32,000 nucleotides of DNA, from positions 390,001-422,000 of the forward strand of contig JBHLRO010000001.1 in NCBI GenBank assembly GCA_048882505.1. Direction: 5' to 3'. The notes under the pieces were generated by a model, which worked only from the letters and a program-made list of their open reading frames with translations, was not told the origin of the DNA and made no database searches. Origin of the DNA: Candidatus Thorarchaeota archaeon. GTDB lineage: Archaea; Asgardarchaeota; Heimdallarchaeia; Hodarchaeales; Hodarchaeaceae. The translations under genes and the position numbers were made by a program. Positions 17,259 through 24,815 of the stretch are shown here, piece by piece (position 1 is the stretch's first letter; every line of letters starts with the position of its first letter).

Positions 17259-18155
17259 CTACTTATTTGGTTTTTCCAACTCATATAGTTTGGAAAGAAG
17301 ATCTTCATGCTGGGGCGTTATCTTCTTAGGAAAAACATAGCGGATTCTAATCATCACCCGATCACCAGCAATGGGGTCGATAAAGCTTAAGACTGTTCCA
17401 TCAGGCGTGTTAGGTTTAATACTACCAGATAGACTATTCCCTTGTGGTGTTTTGATATTTATTTCGTTGGTTCCTTTCAAGGCCAGAAATATGGAGATGG
17501 GGATGGTTATGATATCGTCATTAACTTCAATTAATACCAATAAATCTCCGGCTGGCCCACCATATTTCCCTTGGTTTCCTTTCCCAGGTATCCGAAGTGT
17601 CTGACCGTTTTTGACATCCTTTGGTATTGGGATTCTGATTCGCTCTTTTTTAGAGGAACCGTCTTGATATTTTCGAGTAAGGCTAATTGTGCGGCTTATT
17701 TTGGATTTGGAGGTATCTTTCAATTCTGATAGCTTTATCTTAAGAGGAATTTTGACATCCGTCCCTCTCTTAGGTATATTACGAGATTCGAATCTTGTAG
17801 AACCGCCAAACGGGGATCCTTGTCTGGAAAATGATCCAAATATATCATCACCTCCAAATCCTCCGAAGAATTGCCTGAAAATCTCCATAGGATCGATTCC
17901 CATTCCACCTGCTCCTTGGCCGAACGCTGAATGGCCAAAATTATCATAGTTTCGGCGTTTTTCCTTATCCGAAAGAACGGAATAGGCTTCACCGATTTCC
18001 TTAAACTTTTCTTCAGCGTCTTTTGGATCAATCCTGCTTTCTTTGGCTCGATCAGGGTGGAATTTCAGAGCGAGCTTTCTGTAGGCTTTCTTGATATCTT
18101 TCTCGGATGCATTTCTTGGTACTCCCAGTACATCGTAATAATCTTTACGCCGCAA
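17259..18155 (-). CDS. dnaJ: Class B (zinc-finger-less) J-domain co-chaperone, DnaJ/CbpA-like
   Basis: [15 protein letters not shown] (HPD), AYSVLSD, a G/F-rich region, then C-terminal domains (LRIPGKG, GGPAGDL). No CxxCxGxG repeats. Confidence 0.9.
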   Translation of the reverse strand: MRRKDYYDVLGVPRNASEKDIKKAYRKLALKFHPDRAKESRIDPKDAEEKFKEIGEAYSVLSDKEKRRNYDNFGHSAFGQGAGGMGIDPMEIFRQFFGGFGGDDIFGSFSRQGSPFGGSTRFESRNIPKRGTDVKIPLKIKLSELKDTSKSKISRTISLTRKYQDGSSKKERIRIPIPKDVKNGQTLRIPGKGNQGKYGGPAGDLLVLIEVNDDIITIPISIFLALKGTNEINIKTPQGNSLSGSIKPNTPDGTVLSFIDPIAGDRVMIRIRYVFPKKITPQHEDLLSKLYELEKPNK

Positions 18156-18352
18156 GCAAAAACGACCCTAGTCTCTATCTTTTTTCATGGGTGCGACCAA
18201 ATTAAATCTTATTCTTTTTTATTGATTTAAGCCAAGATGGGATCATTTCCTCTAGGGCTTCTGACCTCCGAATAAGGTAGGTTTTACACCCTGATTTAAA
18301 AATCTTCCCTTTTTTCCCTTCCTTTTCCTATACGAAACAGAAATAAACATTC

Positions 18353-18685
18353 TTAGCTCTTGATGGCTCGCTGAATCTCACTTTCAACTTTTCGCATATT
18401 GGCTCCGATGATTCTCGATATCAGCTTATTCCCCCTGAGAATAGCAAAAGTTGGGACTCCCCGAACTTTCAACATCTGACCAACGTTGGGATTGTGATCT
18501 ACATTTATCTTTACAAAATCAGCATCGGTATATTTCTCACTTAGCTTTTCAAAAATTGGTGCACTAACACGACACGGAGCACACCAATCCGTAAAACAGT
18601 CAACAACTAAGGGACGGGGCGTATCAACCTGTACGTTCTGTTTGATTATACTAACAAATTCGTTTTCGTCAATGACTTTAACCAT
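18353..18685 (-). CDS. trxA: Thioredoxin
   Basis: WCAPC active site, KINVD and cis-Pro motif GVPT. I prefer the ATG at 18685 (MVKVID), which has a GGTGA RBS, over the ORF-track start at 18742. Confidence 0.92.
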   Translation of the reverse strand: MVKVIDENEFVSIIKQNVQVDTPRPLVVDCFTDWCAPCRVSAPIFEKLSEKYTDADFVKINVDHNPNVGQMLKVRGVPTFAILRGNKLISRIIGANMRKVESEIQRAIKS

Positions 18686-19097
18686 AAGGATTTCACCTGG
18701 ATAATTAGTACAAATTTCGCACACAGCGGTGGAGTAAAACATTCACCAGTTACCAAAATTTAATTTGGCTGAAAGATTGAATTGGGGGATTCCAAGTCAA
18801 TTAGAGCGATCTCTCGAATTAACATAAACCCTTCTCTACGAAGGTCGCTGCACAAAAGAGTTCAACGCTTTTCTTGACTTTTCTTTCCCCGTACGATAAG
18901 AATTCCTTGGTTTTCGGTAGTTTTAGTTTCATAAATAATCATGTGAATTCCAATGTTGTGACAAAGGTAATATCCTCGCAAGTAATACATTTATCACACT
19001 CTCGCCATCATTGAAAACACATTAGATTGTCTCCCATGATATGTTCGATCAATATTAAACCACCATTCGTGGTGTTACCAATCACGAGGATTTAGTA

Positions 19098-19913
19098 ATG
19101 GCTCTGTTTTCCTTCATCGATCCGTTTCTTCCATTAATAAACCTTCTTTTCTTTATTCTCGGAGTTCCATTTGTCCTTTGGCTAAATAACAAAACTAGAA
19201 GCGACTGGATTTGCCTTTGTCTTGGAATCGCGTACATGATACTCTATGGAGTCATTGTTCAACCGGAAGTTGATGATTGGATATTCTTCTTCCTTGGACT
19301 GAGCGTAGGTTATATCACAGATTACTGGGGAGTATCCTCAAAGAAGTGGAAATACCATCCGTGGGATCCCGACTTTGGTTACTCATATTACGTTGGATTT
19401 TCATGGGGTATGATTTCGATCTTCACTTACAACATTAGTAGGGCTTTACCAGTATATCCGAGCTTGATTTTTTTACCTGGAATTCTTTTCATGGCCCCCA
19501 TGGTCGTTTTGGAATGGAAATATGGGGAAACTCGACGAACTCAATATTTTTTATTTGCGCGAGCATTTTTCACCTTCCTAGCATTTGCCGTCTCAAATAA
19601 TCTTGCTCTCCTCTTCATTGGCTGTTTTGTAGGATCTTATATTGAATTTACGGGTGTTGAATGGATTAAAAACTGGTTATATATTGATTCCATGAGCTAC
19701 ATCTTCATATCATTTGGATATTCTCTGATATTGCTTTTCTCCAAACTTCTAGTGGACGTGTTGAATCAAACTCCTATTGACATTTTGGTTGTGATTTTCT
19801 TTCTTTCTGCGATAGGGGCATTTGCGATAGACACTTTCTGGGCCCAAAAGTTCGTACCAATCGATCAGACCAAAGCTAGGCGGGCAGCAGAAGAGTATTA
19901 TTCACGAAGGTAA
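19098..19913 (+). CDS. Uncharacterised polytopic membrane protein with an internal duplication
   Basis: 271 aa, many hydrophobic aromatic-rich helices. Two related segments: GYITDYWGVSSKKWKY and GSYIEFTGVEWIKNWLY. Confidence 0.75.
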   Translation: MALFSFIDPFLPLINLLFFILGVPFVLWLNNKTRSDWICLCLGIAYMILYGVIVQPEVDDWIFFFLGLSVGYITDYWGVSSKKWKYHPWDPDFGYSYYVGFSWGMISIFTYNISRALPVYPSLIFLPGILFMAPMVVLEWKYGETRRTQYFLFARAFFTFLAFAVSNNLALLFIGCFVGSYIEFTGVEWIKNWLYIDSMSYIFISFGYSLILLFSKLLVDVLNQTPIDILVVIFFLSAIGAFAIDTFWAQKFVPIDQTKARRAAEEYYSRR

Positions 19914-19918
19914 CATAT

Positions 19919-20236
19919 TCAGGGAATAGAGCAACCGCCGCCGATTGGAGGAAAAAATGAGATCTCACAAGATTGAGTGATCGTAGTAAATATTCCGTCA
20001 AGGGCATGGATGTTTCGACCATCCATCAATACAATAAAATCTGGTTTTAACGATTTTCCTTCTAAAAAAATCGTATCAGCTCCTTGGCCCAACTTTGTGT
20101 TAAACAAGGGAAATATGTGTAGTATAGGAGTCGGTTCTGGAATTTGAAGATCAATATTTTCAGGAAAAATGTCCTGTAATGAGGCAAAGAAAGTAAGCGT
20201 GACGTGAATGATGAGTACAGTCCTCCTATAACACAA
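19919..20236 (-). CDS. MoaD/ThiS/SAMP-family ubiquitin-like sulfur carrier with a C-terminal extension
   Basis: TFFASL start motif, DGRNIHALDG-x2-T, and FFPPIGGG followed by CSIP-stop. It lies directly downstream of an AOR-family gene. The start codon is uncertain. Confidence 0.85.
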   Translation of the reverse strand: MCYRRTVLIIHVTLTFFASLQDIFPENIDLQIPEPTPILHIFPLFNTKLGQGADTIFLEGKSLKPDFIVLMDGRNIHALDGIFTTITQSCEISFFPPIGGGCSIP

Positions 20237-20240
20237 GGGA

Positions 20241-22688
20241 TTACATACGAGACCTAATAATCTCCTTTAATCGTTTGGTAGCCTCGAGAGGATCCGCAGA
20301 TCGGGTTATTGCGCCTCCTACGATCAGTATATCTGCTCCAGCATCGATAGCTTCTGGGATGGTCTCGGCCTTAAGTCCTCCAGCTACCGCAATTGGGATT
20401 GAAACGGATTCTTTTAATTTTTTTAATGTTGGAAAAGGGATTTTATCAAAATCAGATCTTAATTGTTGATCTATTCCAATATGCAGACCAACAATGTCCA
20501 CTCCAATCTTTTCAAGTTGAATTGCCCGCTCTATCGGATTTTTTACTCCAATTAAATCTGCAAAAATCTTAACACCAAACTTCTCTCCGGCGCCCACGGC
20601 ATCTTCAAGCGTTTCATCAGGAGCAATTCCCAGGATGCACACTATATCCGCCCCAGCCAGAGCGGCCATTTCAGTTTCGAGAAAACCCGTATCCATGGTT
20701 TTTAGATCAGCTACAATCACTTTGTGAGGGAATAAGTGCCTTAATTGTGTAATAATGCCCATTCCTACCGCTTTGATCAGAGGAGTTCCAGCTTCAATCC
20801 AATCAATTCCGCCCAATGCGCTTCTTTTGGCAATCTTGATGGCTTCTTCTGTATCACGCAGATCCAAAGCCACCTGCAGCTTGGCAGCGGTTCGGAGAGG
20901 CTTTAGCGAAAGTTCCTCTAGTTTTCGTTCAGAGGGAACACCTAGTTCATCCCATCCTCGCAGACGATAATATTCTGAGAGTAGGTCGTCAATGTCAGCT
21001 AACAAACCTTTAGCGGGGCCCTGATCTAGGGGCTCAACCAGGAAACGTTTAGGTAATGAATCATCCAATCTGGTTAATCCTTCTCTAAGATTAAACAATC
21101 GTTCTAGGTTATATATTCGTTCTCCGATCTTTCTAAACTCATTCACGTCAATAAAAAAACCTGTTGCCGTTGTCAGTAGTCTGGCAAACAATTCAATTTC
21201 TAATTTCAGCGTAGAAAATGTAGCCATTGTTGTAAATTTACAAAATTCCGCAGAATCTAGTACGGCAAATATGTCCTGCATTTTACTGACTAATTCTGCT
21301 TTCCCGTCATCTGTAAATGGGTCGACAAAATGGGGGAGACTCAGTACTTCTTGGATAATAGTATACGCCCTTAAATGTGTTGCCCCGCTTGTTGAGGTAG
21401 CATAGCTTAGAGCCATTCCCCTGATCCCGCGTGGATCATAAGCGGGCATCTCAAGGCCCTTGATGTGTATAGCGAAGTCTCCTGAACCGTGACCTGTCTC
21501 TTGGGCAGCCTTCCGAACTCCATCAGCGAGTAAGTTTCCCTCATCCTCGCGATACGCAATCTTTCTAACCAAAGCTAGAAGTTTCTCTCCATCTCCAAAT
21601 TGAGGCGCATTCGAAACCAGGCCTTTTTCTCCACACTCCATGTACCATCCTATCGCGTTTCCTGTAGAGATTGTATCCATCCCAAGGGTGTTGCAAAGCT
21701 CATTGGCCTCAAAAATATGTTTCAGGCTGCTAATCTCGCAATTAGGCCCAAAGGCCCATACTGTTTCAAATTCTGGCCCCTCTGTTTCTACCCCCTCGTA
21801 ATTACTCACACGTCCACAGCCTATTGAACACGCACGACATGGCTCAATTTTCTTGAGATATTTTCGAACCGTTTCTCCCGCGACCTCTCTAATACCCTCA
21901 AATACTCCCGCTTGAAAGTTTTTAACCGGTAATGCCCCGTGCTTATTAACCAGGTTGGCAAGGATTAAGGTGCCATAGCGCCTCATGCCTGTGCCAGTGA
22001 CAGGATGCCCCTTGAGAACCTTGGCAAATTCCTTATTCGCTTGCCTGTAAGCAAATGGATTTGCAACGGTGACTGGTTTAGTACCCTGAACTAAGATTGC
22101 CTTCAGCTTTTTAGACCCCCAGACTGCTCCCACCCCTCCACGTCCAGCTGTTCGGGGTCCATTTCTTACACAGGCATAACGAACAAGATTTTCACCAGCC
22201 GGGCCAATTGCAGCAATCGAATGTAGAGGGTGTCGAGACCTTAGGATCTCCTCCGTTTCATCAATCAGTTTTCCCCAGAGATCCGAAGCATCTTCCAAGG
22301 TAACTTCTTCATCTTTTACCCTTAGATATACTGGTTCATCTGAGATACCCTCTATTATGATGCCATCATATCCAGCCCGTTTTAACTCTATTCCCAATTT
22401 ACCCCCACAGTGCGTATCGTTAAGTGTGTACTCTGTTAGGGGACTTTTGAAAACCATAGACCATCTAGAGGATGTAATTGAGTTTGTCCCTGTCATTGGA
22501 CCTGTCATCAGGGCTATCTTGTTATTTTCGCCTAAAGGATCAATTCCCGGTGAAAGTTCATCATATAGCAATTTGGCTCCCAAACCCCTGCCTCCAAGGA
22601 AATGTTGAGCAAATTCCATATTTAAAGGCTCTATTGTGATTTTCTTATCTTTTAGGTGGACTCGAATTAGTTTTCCTTGATAAGTCAC
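20241..22688 (-). CDS. aor-hps: Fusion of a tungsten-type aldehyde:ferredoxin oxidoreductase (AOR family) and 3-hexulose-6-phosphate synthase (HPS)
   Basis: 815 aa in one frame. N-terminal ~600 aa: GGRGLG, GRGGVGAVWGSKKLKAI, CRACSIGC plus DSAEFC (four [4Fe-4S] Cys), GPEFET, GMDTIS, PAYDPR, GATHL, EYYRLRGWD. C-terminal ~213 aa (20244-20882): KLQVALD, EAGTPLIK, ADLKTMDTG, HIGIDQQ, AVAGGL, VGGAIT. The PLIK and HxGxDQQ motifs fit HPS rather than keto-gulonate decarboxylase. Confidence 0.93.
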   Translation of the reverse strand: MTYQGKLIRVHLKDKKITIEPLNMEFAQHFLGGRGLGAKLLYDELSPGIDPLGENNKIALMTGPMTGTNSITSSRWSMVFKSPLTEYTLNDTHCGGKLGIELKRAGYDGIIIEGISDEPVYLRVKDEEVTLEDASDLWGKLIDETEEILRSRHPLHSIAAIGPAGENLVRYACVRNGPRTAGRGGVGAVWGSKKLKAILVQGTKPVTVANPFAYRQANKEFAKVLKGHPVTGTGMRRYGTLILANLVNKHGALPVKNFQAGVFEGIREVAGETVRKYLKKIEPCRACSIGCGRVSNYEGVETEGPEFETVWAFGPNCEISSLKHIFEANELCNTLGMDTISTGNAIGWYMECGEKGLVSNAPQFGDGEKLLALVRKIAYREDEGNLLADGVRKAAQETGHGSGDFAIHIKGLEMPAYDPRGIRGMALSYATSTSGATHLRAYTIIQEVLSLPHFVDPFTDDGKAELVSKMQDIFAVLDSAEFCKFTTMATFSTLKLEIELFARLLTTATGFFIDVNEFRKIGERIYNLERLFNLREGLTRLDDSLPKRFLVEPLDQGPAKGLLADIDDLLSEYYRLRGWDELGVPSERKLEELSLKPLRTAAKLQVALDLRDTEEAIKIAKRSALGGIDWIEAGTPLIKAVGMGIITQLRHLFPHKVIVADLKTMDTGFLETEMAALAGADIVCILGIAPDETLEDAVGAGEKFGVKIFADLIGVKNPIERAIQLEKIGVDIVGLHIGIDQQLRSDFDKIPFPTLKKLKESVSIPIAVAGGLKAETIPEAIDAGADILIVGGAITRSADPLEATKRLKEIIRSRM

Positions 22689-22960
22689 GTTTTAATACCG
22701 CCAAAGAGAGGAATCTTCAGTTCCGAAGGTCATGTGCGACCGAATTTTTATCCTCTAAATCGTTTTCTGGAGGAATTTCAAATCTCGATGAGATTAACCT
22801 TGTCCAGTACTCCAATTTCGATGGTTGTAAATCGACTTTGAGCTACACCATTCACCTAATTTAACTCAACTCCACCGTTTATGGCCGTTAAGATAAAATT
22901 AGATCATTTAAGGCCAGAGTTTCAAATTATAAAAACCGAGTTCGTGGTTTGAGATTTGAG

Positions 22961-24112
22961 TTACTGGATATTCGCGTGTTCTCGGCGCATCTCTGATTCC
23001 GAAATCCTTAGGTCATGAGCTAATTGGGCTACACATGAATCCATGAATATAGCAGTTACATATTCAAAGGAAGGTAAAAGTATACGGAGATCCGAGATTT
23101 GACGCAGTTCGACGGCCCGAGACTCAGTTCTGCCCTCTAGTTTAATGAAAATATCACTATTTTGAGCTAATCGTGATTCAGGAAATGATGTAAGTCCGAC
23201 AACATTCATTTCTGCTGATCTGGCGCTTCCTACTCTTTCGAGTGTACTAGTGGAATTTCCCGATCCAGAGATCGCAATAAGCATGTCATCTGAATCCCTG
23301 AAACGCCAATCATAGTTTGATTTTATATTTACAGAACAATGGATCAATCTAATCGACGTCATACTCCCTATGATAGCATCCAAGCCACTACCGTAAATAT
23401 ACACTTTTTTTTCTGGCTTGTTCGAATATCTTTCAATCAAACGGATGAATTTGGAGAGAACTTCTTCATTATCGTTTATATATGCTAATGTTGCTTCAGA
23501 AGCAGATAGCACCCTATTGACTCCGTCGTTGAACCCTTTTATGGTAGAATCATCATTTAATCCTGAGAAAATACCCATTCCCACCAAGAGAGAGTTCATC
23601 TCAAACATGGTTCCCATGGGAGTGAGGGGGGCATGGTTCGAGCTACTTTCTTCTTCAAATCCAGCAATAACGGGATATGGAATCTCAATGATGGTGTCTG
23701 CTAATCGTGCAGCTTTAGAACGGGGGTCTCGTGTCATAACGAGGATTTTTGCCCCTCGCTGGATCGAATCATCTAGTGATTTGCAGGTGAAAGGCGTCCA
23801 GCCTGATCCAGTGACCCCGATGACCACATCATCCTTCCTCACGGGTTTTGCTAAACTTTTACCCAAGTAACTTATTCGAAAGCCTATATTCTTTAAAATC
23901 TCCCCTAGTAACATTCCTACCTTTCCAGAACGTCCCATTCCCACGATATGGACAAGGTTTTGCTTTTCTCGTGCTCTGGACAAATATTCGCAAAATTCCA
24001 TTAAGGGAGGGGGAGCTTGATTAATAAAATTTACGGCCTTCTTACCAGCCTTGAGTAAACGATGATAAGCTGAATAAAATGAGGAAAGTTGGTTGGAGTC
24101 GGTTGATATCAC
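22961..24112 (-). CDS. phi: 6-phospho-3-hexuloisomerase (PHI), tandem double-SIS form
   Basis: 383 aa, about twice a normal PHI. Domain 1: GMGRSG, TGSGWT, PLTPMGTMFE. Domain 2: YIYGSG, ISGSGNS, TSFPESRLA, C-terminal EHANIQ (PHI HANLE-like). It lies next to an HPS domain. Confidence 0.85.
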   Translation of the reverse strand: MISTDSNQLSSFYSAYHRLLKAGKKAVNFINQAPPPLMEFCEYLSRAREKQNLVHIVGMGRSGKVGMLLGEILKNIGFRISYLGKSLAKPVRKDDVVIGVTGSGWTPFTCKSLDDSIQRGAKILVMTRDPRSKAARLADTIIEIPYPVIAGFEEESSSNHAPLTPMGTMFEMNSLLVGMGIFSGLNDDSTIKGFNDGVNRVLSASEATLAYINDNEEVLSKFIRLIERYSNKPEKKVYIYGSGLDAIIGSMTSIRLIHCSVNIKSNYDWRFRDSDDMLIAISGSGNSTSTLERVGSARSAEMNVVGLTSFPESRLAQNSDIFIKLEGRTESRAVELRQISDLRILLPSFEYVTAIFMDSCVAQLAHDLRISESEMRREHANIQ

Positions 24113-24209
24113 GCTGTACCCTCAGGTCTGATGATCCCGATATTGGATCTAAATTCTTTTCAATCCTCCTGAAACTCTCACCACGTATTGCTAGTCGGAG
24201 AAACCATGG

Positions 24210-24788
24210 ATGTCCTGGAAAATTACTCTCGGTAAGCCAACGAATCCATATATCATTGGAAAAAGGTGGGTTAAGAAAAGATACACCAAGAAAGACCGTA
24301 TTTCAAAAAGCCATCATCAAGAGTCTGGCTGTCCTGGCGCAATCTACGATATTGGAGAACACTTCCTCCCTGATTCACCTAGCAAGCGGACTCACCTCTG
24401 GATATGTATGGCAACTGGCAAGCTCTTCAAGAAACCCCCAAAGATTTCTCCATCACGCACTAAAGTTATTGTAAAAAAGCCTAGACCAATAAAGATTGCT
24501 CCAAAACCAAAATCACCCGAAAAGGTAAAACCACCAAGAGAAAAAGCCGAAATACCAGCTCCCGAACCTGAACCAGCGACAATCGCAGCGAAATTCGATA
24601 AAACAACCTCCGTAGGTGAGGTCAAGGGTATTGGAAAGGCGGCCTTTGAAAAGCTTTCTGAAGTGGGGATAAATACTATCCAAGATCTTTTAAGACACCA
24701 CAGTCAAGAGATAGCAACCTTGATCGGTCGTAAATCGGATGTGCAGATTAAGAAGTGGCAGGCCACCGCGAAGGAAATGATCAGTTAA
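24210..24788 (+). CDS. Hypothetical protein: basic N-terminal domain, Pro/Lys-rich linker and C-terminal helix-hairpin-helix domain
   Basis: 192 aa with a GGAG RBS. VGEVKGIGKAAFEKLSEVGINTIQDLL is an HhH (RadA/Rad51 N-terminal-like) pattern. Confidence 0.75.
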   Translation: MSWKITLGKPTNPYIIGKRWVKKRYTKKDRISKSHHQESGCPGAIYDIGEHFLPDSPSKRTHLWICMATGKLFKKPPKISPSRTKVIVKKPRPIKIAPKPKSPEKVKPPREKAEIPAPEPEPATIAAKFDKTTSVGEVKGIGKAAFEKLSEVGINTIQDLLRHHSQEIATLIGRKSDVQIKKWQATAKEMIS

Positions 24789-24815
24789 ATTTAACTACAG
24801 GTTTGTTAAGAAAAG

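Noticed and set aside
20241-20882. C-terminal barrel as OMP decarboxylase or 3-keto-L-gulonate-6-P decarboxylase
   Set aside because: EAGTPLIK, DLKTMDTG and HIGIDQQ, plus the neighbouring PHI, favour HPS.
22689-22960. Moco/tungsten-cofactor riboswitch in the aor-hps leader
   Set aside because: Only short 4-6 bp hairpins (GGTC/GACC, CTTC/GAAG, AATCTC/GAGATT) are visible. I cannot match them to the Moco RNA consensus; an Rfam scan would be needed.
24079-24474. 131-aa plus-strand ORF overlapping the phi start and the HhH gene
   Set aside because: It overlaps two better-supported genes and has no recognisable motifs.
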